From contig CAIVHI010000319.1 in the NCBI GenBank assembly GCA_903905685.1, positions 1 through 39,568 of the forward strand: a DNA stretch of 39,568 nt, written 5' to 3'. Origin of the DNA: an uncultured Bacteroidota bacterium (GTDB taxonomy: Bacteria > Bacteroidota > Bacteroidia > Chitinophagales > Chitinophagaceae). Of the stretch, positions 17,703 through 27,059 are shown one piece after another. The position numbers and the translations under genes are program-made. How positions within the stretch are numbered: position 1 is the stretch's first letter; the number at the start of each line of letters is the position of its first letter. The notes beneath the pieces were generated by a model. It saw nothing but the letters and a program-made list of their open reading frames with translations. It ran no database searches and was not told the DNA's origin.

Positions 17703-18911
17703 ATGACGCCCACCCACATCCTGTTCGACGACCACCGCCACACGGCCCTTTATCCGTTTACGCGCACGCGCCCCACGGGCATGGTGCGGTGCGGCATCCT
17801 CACCGCTGCCGAGCGTTGGGAGGCTCTCACAGGTAGGGTGCCCGGTTTCCTTACGCCGACCTACATGCAGGAGGTTTTTCCCACCCTTGCCGGTGCCGAC
17901 AATGTCTACATCAATGGTGCCGTTCATGCCGATGCCGCCCTGCGCGATGCCATTGGTGCCCTACAGCCCCACCACAAGCTCACGGCAGGGCAGCTCACCA
18001 TTGCGGCTCGCCTCCACACCGCTCCCCAAACTCCCGATGAATTGGCCGCCGCCATGCAGCCCCTCACCGAAGTGCCCTACGGTGGCAATGTCTTGGCGCT
18101 GAACCACATATGGGACATCTTCTCTTTTAACGACGCCTTACTGAGGTCTGATTTCGCCCTTATTACGGCCGGCCGCAAAAGCGCACCGGTGCCGCCGCAT
18201 GTGGTGGCCATGGGCGACAACCTGTTTATAGAGGAGGGGGCGCACATCTACCCCGGCTGCATCATCAATGCCGCCAAAGGGCCGGTTTACATAGGCCGCG
18301 ATACCGAGATATTGGAAGGCGTGCTCATGCAGGGCCCCATTGCCGTGTGCGATCATGCGGTGGTGAAAATGGGTGCGAAAATTTATGGCGGCACCACAAT
18401 AGGGCCGGGCTGCAAAGTGGGTGGCGAAATCAGCAATGTGGTGTTCTTTGCCAATAGCAACAAGGGCCACGACGGCTACCTCGGCAATGCCGTGATAGGC
18501 GAATGGTGCAACTTGGGCGCCGATACCAACAGCAGCAACCTGAAAAACAATTATGACACCATCAAAGTGTGGGACGAGCAAGCCGACGCGTTGGTGCGCA
18601 CCGGCCTCACCTTCTGCGGCCTCCTCATGGGCGACCACTCCAAGTGCGGCATCAACACCATGTTCAATACAGGCACGGTGGTGGGTGTCTCGGCCAATAT
18701 TTACGGCGGCGGCTTCCCCGACAAGTTCATTCCGTCGTTCGGGTGGGGTGGTGCCGAGGGTATGGTCACCTACGATTTCGACAAAGCCATAGAGACCGCC
18801 AACCGCATGATGGCCCGCCGAGGCCGAGGACTCTCGCCCGCCGAAGTCCAAATGTTCCAATACCTGTTCGACCGGACTGCCGCACAGCGCGTAGCCTTCA
18901 ACCATGCATAA
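17703..18911 (+). CDS. Bacteroidetes GlmU-like sugar nucleotidyltransferase / hexapeptide acetyltransferase
   Basis: LYPFTRTRP...RCGILT N-terminus; left-handed beta-helix repeats; NKGHDGYLGNAVIGEWCNLGADTNSSNLKN. Confidence 0.85.
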   Translation: MTPTHILFDDHRHTALYPFTRTRPTGMVRCGILTAAERWEALTGRVPGFLTPTYMQEVFPTLAGADNVYINGAVHADAALRDAIGALQPHHKLTAGQLTIAARLHTAPQTPDELAAAMQPLTEVPYGGNVLALNHIWDIFSFNDALLRSDFALITAGRKSAPVPPHVVAMGDNLFIEEGAHIYPGCIINAAKGPVYIGRDTEILEGVLMQGPIAVCDHAVVKMGAKIYGGTTIGPGCKVGGEISNVVFFANSNKGHDGYLGNAVIGEWCNLGADTNSSNLKNNYDTIKVWDEQADALVRTGLTFCGLLMGDHSKCGINTMFNTGTVVGVSANIYGGGFPDKFIPSFGWGGAEGMVTYDFDKAIETANRMMARRGRGLSPAEVQMFQYLFDRTAAQRVAFNHA

Positions 18912-18930
18912 CTCCAAAACAAGACCAACA

Positions 18931-19689
18931 ATGAGAAAGAAAATAGTGGCAGGCAACTGGAAGATGAACCGCACCCTGCAAGAAGGACACAGCCTCGTAG
19001 CCGGCATATTGGCCGGTCTGCCCGCACTTAGCAGCCATAAGCAAGTGGTGATTGCCCCAACCTATGTGCACCTCACCCAGACGGCCGCCCAACTGGCCGG
19101 TCATGCCCACATCCATACCGCAGCCCAAAATTGCAGCAACCAGGAATCGGGTGCATTCACCGGCGAGGTATCGGCGGGCATACTGAAGAGTGCCGGCATA
19201 GGGTACGTCATCATCGGCCATTCCGAACGCCGCGAGTATTTTGGCGAGACCAATGCGTTGTTGGCCCAGAAGACCGACCGCGTGCTGGCACATGGCATGG
19301 AGGTCATCTTCTGCTGCGGCGAGCCCCTCGCCGTGCGCGATGCCGATACCCAAAATGCCAACGTGGAGACCCAAATTCGCGAAGGGCTATTCCACCTCGC
19401 GGCCGAGGCCTGGAGCCACATCGTGTTGGCCTACGAGCCCATTTGGGCCATCGGCACGGGCCGCACCGCCAGTTCGCAACAGGCGCAAGACATGCACCAC
19501 CACATTCGCGCAGTAGTGCGGGCACAATATGGCGCCACCGTTGCCGACAACCTCACCATCCTCTACGGCGGTAGCTGCAAGCCCTCCAACGCCGCCGAGC
19601 TCTTCGCTTGTCCCGACGTAGACGGCGGCCTCATTGGCGGAGCGTCCCTCAAAGCCGATGAGTTTTTGGGGATAGTGGCAGCGATGTAA
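18931..19689 (+). CDS. tpiA: Triosephosphate isomerase
   Basis: VAGNWKMN, IGHSERR, AYEPIWAIGTG, LYGGS, DGGLIGGASL. Confidence 0.98.
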   Translation: MRKKIVAGNWKMNRTLQEGHSLVAGILAGLPALSSHKQVVIAPTYVHLTQTAAQLAGHAHIHTAAQNCSNQESGAFTGEVSAGILKSAGIGYVIIGHSERREYFGETNALLAQKTDRVLAHGMEVIFCCGEPLAVRDADTQNANVETQIREGLFHLAAEAWSHIVLAYEPIWAIGTGRTASSQQAQDMHHHIRAVVRAQYGATVADNLTILYGGSCKPSNAAELFACPDVDGGLIGGASLKADEFLGIVAAM

Positions 19690-19714
19690 TGCTGCGGTAA
19701 CTACTTAAAGCAGT

Positions 19715-19749
19715 GCGCCCCCGTTTCAGGCTTGAAACGGGGGCGTTTT
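19715..19749 (+). terminator. Intrinsic terminator after tpiA
   Basis: GCGCCCCCGTTTCA-GGCT-TGAAACGGGGGCGTTTT. Confidence 0.85.
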
Positions 19750-19939
19750 ATGTAGCCTTCGCGAAGAGGGTAGATTTTTATGGAGGGCCGGCATGCGATT
19801 GGGCGGACTGGGGAGGTTGGGCTATAAACGTTCAATACCGTCAGGCTTCGGGCTTCAATGTCTGTCGGTCTATATACAAGACACCCAAGCCAGTGTTCGA
19901 CATGCGACAAAAGCGAGCCGGAAATATTCTACTTGGGGC

Positions 19940-21781
19940 CTATTCCCCTACTGCGTGCAGGGCATTCCGAGCTTGGAGAAAGTTGGGGTTGAGCCGCAAT
20001 ACGGTGTGCCAGCGGGCAGCGGCTTGGGCGGGCTGCCCGTGCAGGTAGTAATATACCCCTAAGTTGTAGTCCAATTCGGGAAGTTGGGGGTAGGTGGGCA
20101 GGAGTACCAATATGCGGTCGTAGCTGCGCGCTGCCTCATCGGGGTTCCCCATTCTGAAGCACGCCAAGCCGCGATTGATGAGTGGGGGGAGGCAGGTGCT
20201 GTCCAGCTTCAAGGCTTTGTCCAAATAGGCCACACCTTGCATCAACAACTGCACTTTACGAGCCGAGTCCTTTGCATCATCGGCCGCATTCACATATGCT
20301 ACGCCCAAATTGGCATTTACCAACAGGCTGTTCGGCACGGTCTTCACGTCGTGCTCATACAAAGTGAGGTCGTTCTTCCAGTCGGTATTGCGGGCCATGG
20401 TAGCTGTAGCGCACAGGAGGCACAGGATGAGTACGATGGCCCCAATTGGCTTTTGCAAATTGGGGCCATATTTTTCATGGCACCAATTTCCCAGGGCTAC
20501 CATGCAAATGATGCCTCCCATCGATGCATGATACAGGAGACGCTCGCCCATGGTGCCCCCTATGTTGATGAGCCAATTGTTCACCATCAGCAAGCTGAGG
20601 AAGTAGAAGGCAAGCCCAAACGCCACGGCACGTTGTTTTTTATAGGTAGCCCAAATGCCTACCAACAAGCCGGCATGATAAATTACAGATAACCCTACCA
20701 ACGGTGAGCCCAACGTTTTGTAGGGAATGGTGTTGTAGGAATAGTCGCAGGAAAGGGGGAAAGGAAAAAAGAGCAGGCGTAAATAGTTGAGGGGCGTAGC
20801 GATTACGGTTGCAGCTTTTTGCAATGGGGTAGCCAATGCATAGGGATTGTTCCAAATGTCGTTGTCTATCTCGGCGGCAGAGAACCCAACCACCTTTATC
20901 CGAATGAGTGCATAGAGCACTGCTACCGCATAAAAAGGCATGGAGCCTTTTAAGGCTTCAAGGGGAGTCTTGCCATTGAACCACACCATGGCAAGCGGCA
21001 ATAAGATGAGTAGGGCAAGCCCATATTCTTTGGAGAGCAGGGCGAACAAAAAGCAAATCGGCCCCGCAAAACCAGCCCACTTGTGCCGCACCCTGTTTGT
21101 GCCGCAAGCCAAAATGAAGGTGAGGCATATGAATGCCAAAGAGCATATTTCATCCCGGCTCTTTACGTTGGCCACTACCTCGCTGTGCACCGGGTGGCAG
21201 GCGAAAAGCAGGGTAGCCGCCAGTGCTGCCATAGGGCTCCCCCTGAAAACAACCATCCGCAGCATCCCCAAAAGGGCCACCAATCCGAGCCCGAAGAACA
21301 GCACATTGTCGAAGTGCCTGATGTGCATAGCATGAATCAAGGCATCCCGTTGCGCGCCTTTGTCGCCCGCATGGGCCACCACGCTGTCTACCGCATCTGC
21401 CGATACCGGCCCCAAAAACTGTTGTTCTATTGCAAACGTGGCTATCGACAATGGTCGGTAGCGCCCGCCGGCGAGCATGTTTTCGGTATTGGTCGTTTTG
21501 CAGTAGCTGTAAAAAGCGTCCTTCGAGAAAATGCCTTCCAAGCCTTCCAAGCCGCGGTAAACAAACTCGTTTTTCAGGATGACTATGTTGTCGTCGAGGG
21601 CATATTCATTCCCAATAGTATTGCCGTACAGTACAAACGATACTGCGAATACCAACAGCGCATGAACGCTGAACAGGCGGGTCCAATGCGCGGGCGGTGC
21701 AGCTATACTTCCCGGTATAGAAGCCGATGCAGTAAAGTCCGTCGGTCCGTTTTTTTGCGCCTGTTTCTGTTTGGAGGACAT
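19940..21781 (-). CDS. TMTC-like GT-C membrane glycosyltransferase (DUF1736 + TPR), paralog 2
   Basis: NEYALDD acidic loop, YRPLS, HPVHSEVVANVKSRDE, LLSKE, LLFFPFPLSCDYS, GERLLY, RNTDWKN, C-terminal TPRs. Confidence 0.82.
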   Translation of the reverse strand: MSSKQKQAQKNGPTDFTASASIPGSIAAPPAHWTRLFSVHALLVFAVSFVLYGNTIGNEYALDDNIVILKNEFVYRGLEGLEGIFSKDAFYSYCKTTNTENMLAGGRYRPLSIATFAIEQQFLGPVSADAVDSVVAHAGDKGAQRDALIHAMHIRHFDNVLFFGLGLVALLGMLRMVVFRGSPMAALAATLLFACHPVHSEVVANVKSRDEICSLAFICLTFILACGTNRVRHKWAGFAGPICFLFALLSKEYGLALLILLPLAMVWFNGKTPLEALKGSMPFYAVAVLYALIRIKVVGFSAAEIDNDIWNNPYALATPLQKAATVIATPLNYLRLLFFPFPLSCDYSYNTIPYKTLGSPLVGLSVIYHAGLLVGIWATYKKQRAVAFGLAFYFLSLLMVNNWLINIGGTMGERLLYHASMGGIICMVALGNWCHEKYGPNLQKPIGAIVLILCLLCATATMARNTDWKNDLTLYEHDVKTVPNSLLVNANLGVAYVNAADDAKDSARKVQLLMQGVAYLDKALKLDSTCLPPLINRGLACFRMGNPDEAARSYDRILVLLPTYPQLPELDYNLGVYYYLHGQPAQAAARWHTVLRLNPNFLQARNALHAVGE

Positions 21782-21817
21782 ACGATTTCGACTTCTATCC
21801 CAATGAAAACAAACAAA

Positions 21818-23731
21818 TTACCTGCCAATTACGGGTGCACCCACCACGCTCAACGCATGTGCCGCATCCTTATTTCCCGGGTCTATCTTCAATGACGATT
21901 GCCAGCAAGAGACGGCCTTGGGGTACTCTTTGTGGAGGTAGAAAAACACGCCCAAGTTGTAAAAGAACTCGCCCAGCCGAGGATACTTGGGGTAGTACGT
22001 CTTCACTACCTCAAAATCGGTTTTGGAGCTATCGGCATAAACCGTGTGCAGGCTGTCGAGTTGCCCCAATTTGAAGTAGGCCAACCCCAAGTTGAAATAG
22101 CCGATGACGTAGGTGTTGTGCAGCGACAGTACCTTTTTAAGCAACACCACCCCATGCTCCAATTCCTCCTTCTTCTTGGCCGGATTAGGTTCTATGTTCG
22201 ACATATCGATGTAGGACGATGCTACATTGGCATTGATGATGATGCTGTTCGGCGCGTTTTTCAAGTCGTGGGAGAACAGGGTGAAATTGTTTTTCCAGTC
22301 GGCGTTGCGGGCCACGGTCACCCAACTGCAAAGCAACAGTATCACGGTAGTGCCGCCCAATAGTACCAATCGGCCGGTTTCAGGCGACTTTATTTTTTGG
22401 AATCCCAAGTAAGCAAAATAGCCGAAAGCGATGGCGAAGCCTACCGATGAATGGTAAATAAGGCGTTCGCCCATGGTGGCACCGATGTCGAAAAACAGGT
22501 TGCAAACCAACATCAAGTGCGACAGATACATCCCGATGGCGAAACTCAACACGTTTTTGCGTTTCAGGTAGTAGAAGAATGCCCGCACCAGCCCAAGGTG
22601 GAATATCAGCGAAAGCCATACCATGGGGTGCAAAAAGTCTTTATAGGGAATCTGGTTGTAGGAATAGTCGGCCGACAGCGGGTAGGGGAAAACCAACAGG
22701 CGGAAGTAGTTGAATGCCGTTGAAATCTCTGTAGCCATTTTCTCCTTGTCCGACGCCAATGCATACGGGTTGTTGAGCAGGTCGGTGTTCGAGGCCTCGT
22801 TCATGGGAGCCACAATGTGGCTGCGTATGGCGTAATAAACTATGAAAACCAACAAGTAAGGCCATACCGATGTAATGCTTTTTCCAACCGAGAAGCCCTG
22901 AAACAAGTAGAGGGCGAGCGGCAACAGGACGAGCACCGTGATGGCATATTCCTTGGAAAGGAAGGCCAGGAAGAAGAGCACCATGGCTGAAATGAGGGAA
23001 ACCAACTTTTTCTCCTGCACATATTTGAAGGCGAAAATGTAGGTGAGGCACATGAACATCAACGACATGATTTCATCGCGGCTCTTTACATTGGCAATCA
23101 CCTCGGTATGTATGGGGTGTACTGTAAATAGGGCGGCTGCAAGTAGTGCCATGATCGGGTTGGACCTAAAGACGATAAACCGCAGGAAGTAAAGCAGCGT
23201 TATCATGGACAGCGTGAACCAAACGACATTGAAGAAGTGCCGTATGTGCATGTTGCGATTAAGGATCACCTCTTGCGGGCCTTTTTCGTCGGCATGGGTC
23301 ACAACGCTGTCGATAGCACTTTGGGGAACCGTGCCCATAAACTGCTGCTCTATGGCAAATGTGACGATGGAGAGCGGACGGTAACGCCCGCCTGACAGTT
23401 GGTTGCCGGTTTTGAACTGTTTGTAGTAGCTGTCGAACGCATCGGTGGTCAGGATGGTGGGGATGCCTGTAAATCCTTGATACACGTATTCGTTTTTCAG
23501 GATGACCGCAGTATCGTCCAAGGCATATTCATTGCTTACGGTATTGATGTAGAGTAAGAAAGATAGGACGGCAATGATGATGGCCTGAACCTTGAAACTG
23601 GAGAGCCACGCCGGAAAAAGGGAGTCGACGTCAACAAATGGAATCGGGTTGGAAAGGCTCGGTGCCGGCTTTGGTGTCGGTCTTGCCGGATTAGCAACAG
23701 GAATATTCTTCGATGTCTGTTTTTTAGCCAT
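21818..23731 (-). CDS. TMTC-like GT-C membrane glycosyltransferase (DUF1736 + TPR), paralog 1
   Basis: NEYALDD, YRPLS, HPIHTEVIANVKSRDE, FLSKE, LLVFPYPLSADYS, GERLIY, RNADWKN, C-terminal TPRs. Confidence 0.82.
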   Translation of the reverse strand: MAKKQTSKNIPVANPARPTPKPAPSLSNPIPFVDVDSLFPAWLSSFKVQAIIIAVLSFLLYINTVSNEYALDDTAVILKNEYVYQGFTGIPTILTTDAFDSYYKQFKTGNQLSGGRYRPLSIVTFAIEQQFMGTVPQSAIDSVVTHADEKGPQEVILNRNMHIRHFFNVVWFTLSMITLLYFLRFIVFRSNPIMALLAAALFTVHPIHTEVIANVKSRDEIMSLMFMCLTYIFAFKYVQEKKLVSLISAMVLFFLAFLSKEYAITVLVLLPLALYLFQGFSVGKSITSVWPYLLVFIVYYAIRSHIVAPMNEASNTDLLNNPYALASDKEKMATEISTAFNYFRLLVFPYPLSADYSYNQIPYKDFLHPMVWLSLIFHLGLVRAFFYYLKRKNVLSFAIGMYLSHLMLVCNLFFDIGATMGERLIYHSSVGFAIAFGYFAYLGFQKIKSPETGRLVLLGGTTVILLLCSWVTVARNADWKNNFTLFSHDLKNAPNSIIINANVASSYIDMSNIEPNPAKKKEELEHGVVLLKKVLSLHNTYVIGYFNLGLAYFKLGQLDSLHTVYADSSKTDFEVVKTYYPKYPRLGEFFYNLGVFFYLHKEYPKAVSCWQSSLKIDPGNKDAAHALSVVGAPVIGR

Positions 23732-23900
23732 ATCGCTTCAAGTAACGTCCAAATGTAACAAATTATGCTTTCTGCTCCCAACGGGAATGTCGTCAATTGT
23801 AGCATAGCCGTAAAAATCGTGCAGCGGGGGTATACCTACTACCTTCGGGTCGTAAAATGTCCGCAGGCGCGGGCGGATGCTACCGTAAGACCGTTGCGCA

Positions 23901-23943
23901 TAAAATAGCCGTCCCCCGTCGAACTTTATTAGACGGGGGATGG
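23901..23943 (-). terminator. Intrinsic terminator after hbd
   Basis: TCCCCCGTC...GACGGGGGA stem, followed on the minus strand by GGCTATTTTA-like T-rich sequence. Confidence 0.65.
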
Positions 23944-23965
23944 ATTCGAAATATGTTGCGGCTGC

Positions 23966-24868
23966 CTAGGCGAAGCGGGAGCTGACCACCAACTCCTTGC
24001 TACCTGGGGTATATTTGTAGAAGCCCTCGCCCGATTTGCAGCCCAAATACCCGGCCTGCACCATGTTCACCAACAGTGGGCAGGGGGCATACTTGGTGTT
24101 GCCCAGGCCATTATACAGCACATTGAGGATGGAGAGGCAGGTGTCCAGGCCAATGAAGTCGGCCAATTGCAGCGGTCCCATGGGGTGAGCCATGCCCAGT
24201 TTCATAATGGTGTCAATCTCATGCACTCCCGCTACGCCCTCGTGCAGGGAAATGATGGCCTCATTAATCATGGGCATCAAGATGCGGTTGGCTACAAAGC
24301 CGGGGTAGTCGTTGGCCACGCATGGGGTCTTCCCCAGTTTTTCCGACAATGCGTAAATCGTCTTGGTCACTTCGGCATCTGTGGCATAGCCATTTATCAC
24401 CTCCACCAATTTCATTACCGGCACGGGGTTCATAAAGTGCATCCCAATCACTTGACTCGGCCTTTTGGTGACAGATGCTATTTTGGTAATCGAGATGGAC
24501 GATGTGTTGGATGCCAGAATGCAATGCGGAGCACAATGTTCATCTAGTTTGCGGAAAATGTTGAGTTTCAATTCCACGTTTTCGGTGGCGGCTTCAACGG
24601 CCAGGTCTGCACCTGTTACGGCTTCGGCCATATCGGTATGGGTGCTGATGTTGGCAATTGCTGCGGCCTTGGCCTCAGCGGTGAGCGAGCCCTTGGCCAC
24701 TTGGCGGTCCATGTTTTTTTCGATGGTCAGCATGGCCTTATCCAATGCGGCTTGGCTAATGTCCATCATCCTTACCCGGTATCCACTTTGGGCAAACACA
24801 TGGCAAATGCCGTTGCCCATTGTTCCCGAACCTATTACCGTTACTATACTTACATTTCCCGATGTCAT
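23966..24868 (-). CDS. hbd: 3-hydroxybutyryl-CoA dehydrogenase
   Basis: VIGSGTMGNGI, EAATEN, ASNTSSISIT, GMHFMNPVP, PGFVANRIL, HPMGPLQLADFIGLD; -7 element TACTTTTG at 24895-24902 (minus) supports the start at 24868. Confidence 0.95.
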   Translation of the reverse strand: MTSGNVSIVTVIGSGTMGNGICHVFAQSGYRVRMMDISQAALDKAMLTIEKNMDRQVAKGSLTAEAKAAAIANISTHTDMAEAVTGADLAVEAATENVELKLNIFRKLDEHCAPHCILASNTSSISITKIASVTKRPSQVIGMHFMNPVPVMKLVEVINGYATDAEVTKTIYALSEKLGKTPCVANDYPGFVANRILMPMINEAIISLHEGVAGVHEIDTIMKLGMAHPMGPLQLADFIGLDTCLSILNVLYNGLGNTKYAPCPLLVNMVQAGYLGCKSGEGFYKYTPGSKELVVSSRFA

Positions 24869-24996
24869 GGTGTTGTTTTTGAGATTTCGTTGGTCAAAAG
24901 TAAAATTACTAACCGGGAACGGCAAATGTGTATCGGCCATCTTACCCCCAAGCTTTGAAATGGCGCCGATTTTGGTACTTTTGGATTTGCTGACCC

Positions 24997-25710
24997 ATGA
25001 AAAAGTTCGTTTTTACCTCCTTCTGGCTGCTTATAGCCGTTTGTAGCCAACTACATGCGCAAAACCGTTTTGGTTTGGAAGTGGGCGAGGGGTGGTCATA
25101 CCTCAAGTCGGGCCCAAATGCGGGTATCAACTACAACTTCAGTACCGACCCTGAGTTTTCATTCGGCGGCTACTACTTGCGCCGCCTCAATCGCACCATG
25201 TACGTGGGTGTTCGGGCCTTTTTTGAGCAGTATGCCTATACCTACAAAATGGAGTATACCGATACCGCAGGGCACCGAGGCGGCGAGATTGACGACAAAG
25301 TTTCCATGATCTTCATTGCCCCTACCTTCGATATTGCGGTAGACAGGCATCAAATTCTACATGCCTTCGCGAGCGGAGCCTATGGCATGTTGCAAAGGGG
25401 CACACAGAAGGATGCGGTGTTCAACTATCGGTATTCCTCCGGCGCACTAACAGGCTATGAAAACGACGGCCAGATATCGAAGAGCATGATGCGTTTCGAC
25501 GTGGGGTTGGTGGAACATGTTCGGTTGGGGGAATTGTGGCACCTCACCATCACCGAAGAATATGGCATCCCCATGGGCACCCAAACCCTTTTCAACAATC
25601 CGGTGAATACGCAAATCATGGTGAGTCCCAAGTATTTTGCTGTTCGGGTAGGGGTGATGTACAAATTCGTTTTCACGGGATGGCCGGCCAGATACGACGG
25701 CGGAGAGTAG
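24997..25710 (+). CDS. Putative outer-membrane beta-barrel protein
   Basis: Signal peptide ending LHA-Q, alternating amphipathic strands (RFGLEVG, YFAVRVGVMYKF). Confidence 0.65.
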   Translation: MKKFVFTSFWLLIAVCSQLHAQNRFGLEVGEGWSYLKSGPNAGINYNFSTDPEFSFGGYYLRRLNRTMYVGVRAFFEQYAYTYKMEYTDTAGHRGGEIDDKVSMIFIAPTFDIAVDRHQILHAFASGAYGMLQRGTQKDAVFNYRYSSGALTGYENDGQISKSMMRFDVGLVEHVRLGELWHLTITEEYGIPMGTQTLFNNPVNTQIMVSPKYFAVRVGVMYKFVFTGWPARYDGGE

Positions 25711-25784
25711 TGCAACCACTAATATTGGTGCCCCAATTTGCTTTTACCTTTAGTTTAGCCCAAGACGTTTTATCTTTACACCCT

Positions 25785-26546
25785 ATGGATTTGCCCGCCG
25801 GGAAAAAAATTTACTTCGCTTCAGACTTCCATTTAGGCATTCCGGACCTGCGTACGAGTATAGAAAGGGAAAAGCGAATTTGTAAATGGTTGGATTCCAT
25901 AGCGGAAAGTGCAGAAGTGCTGTATTTGGTTGGAGATATTTTTGATGCATGGTTTGAATATGGCAATGTAGTGCCCAAGGGCCACACCCGGTTTTTGGGA
26001 AAGCTGGCCCAATTGCGCGATTCCGGCCTTGTTATTGAAGCCTTTACCGGCAACCACGATTTGTGGATGCTCGACTATTTTGAATCGGAATTGGGCATTC
26101 CCGTCCATCATGAGCCCATTCGTCGAACCATCAACGGGAAAACGTTTTTTATTGGACATGGTGATGGTCTGGGTCCTGGAGACCACGGCTACAAGATGCT
26201 GAAAAAAGTGTTGCGTAGCCCGTTTTCTCAGTGGTTGTACCGCCGTGTGCACCCCAATACAGGCGTGGGGCTCGCCGCTTGGTTCAGTGGTCTGGGTTCC
26301 AAACATGCAGATATGCCGACCAAAGAATTTCGCGGCCCCGACAAAGAATGGCTGGTGCAGTTTTGTTTGGAGACGCTCAACAACGAACATATCGATTACT
26401 TCGTATTCGGGCACCGCCACATTGCCATCGAATATCCGCTGCCCCAAAACAGCCTGTACATCAATCTGGGAGACTGGATCAAATTCGACAGTTACGGCGA
26501 GTTTGATGGGAGCGCGATGAAACTCAAATTTTATAAAGCCAATTAA
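25785..26546 (+). CDS. lpxH: UDP-2,3-diacylglucosamine diphosphatase (LpxH-like metallophosphoesterase)
   Basis: SDFHLG, LVGDIFD, GNHD, GHGD, FGHRH, NLGDW; start at ATG 25785. Confidence 0.88.
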   Translation: MDLPAGKKIYFASDFHLGIPDLRTSIEREKRICKWLDSIAESAEVLYLVGDIFDAWFEYGNVVPKGHTRFLGKLAQLRDSGLVIEAFTGNHDLWMLDYFESELGIPVHHEPIRRTINGKTFFIGHGDGLGPGDHGYKMLKKVLRSPFSQWLYRRVHPNTGVGLAAWFSGLGSKHADMPTKEFRGPDKEWLVQFCLETLNNEHIDYFVFGHRHIAIEYPLPQNSLYINLGDWIKFDSYGEFDGSAMKLKFYKAN

Positions 26547-26561
26547 ATAATCCTATCTTTT

Positions 26562-27059
26562 ATGCAACGGGAAATAGTAGTCGTCAGACATGCAAAAACA
26601 GAGAGCGTTAGCCGCGCAGGGGACGATTTTTCGCGAACTCTTACGTCGGTGGGGGAGCGCGATGGAGAAGCCATAGGTAAGTTTTTGAAGGAACAGGGCA
26701 TTAAGCCCGATTTGATGCTTGTGAGCTCGGCCAAGCGCACCCGCCGAACAGCCAAAATATTGGCTACTGCATTGGATATTACCCCTGAGCACATCAAGTA
26801 TGAAGATAAACTCTATCTCGCTACCGATTCCGCAATAGAAACCGAGGTGATGACGGTACCGAACAACATTGCCACACTTGTAGTGGTAGGGCACAACCCC
26901 GGCATTACCGATTTCGTCAACGGGATTTCTAAAGATTTCGTTCTCGGTCACCTGCCCACATGTGGAGTAGTTGCCGCCAAGTTTGAGGCCGATACCTGGG
27001 CAGATTTTCCTGCCGCCGTAAAAAACATCACCCTCATCAAATTTCCGAAACATGAATAA
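26562..27059 (+). CDS. sixA: SixA-like histidine phosphatase
   Basis: VRHAKT, R-L---G, SSAKRTRRTA, VGHNPG. Confidence 0.88.
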   Translation: MQREIVVVRHAKTESVSRAGDDFSRTLTSVGERDGEAIGKFLKEQGIKPDLMLVSSAKRTRRTAKILATALDITPEHIKYEDKLYLATDSAIETEVMTVPNNIATLVVVGHNPGITDFVNGISKDFVLGHLPTCGVVAAKFEADTWADFPAAVKNITLIKFPKHE

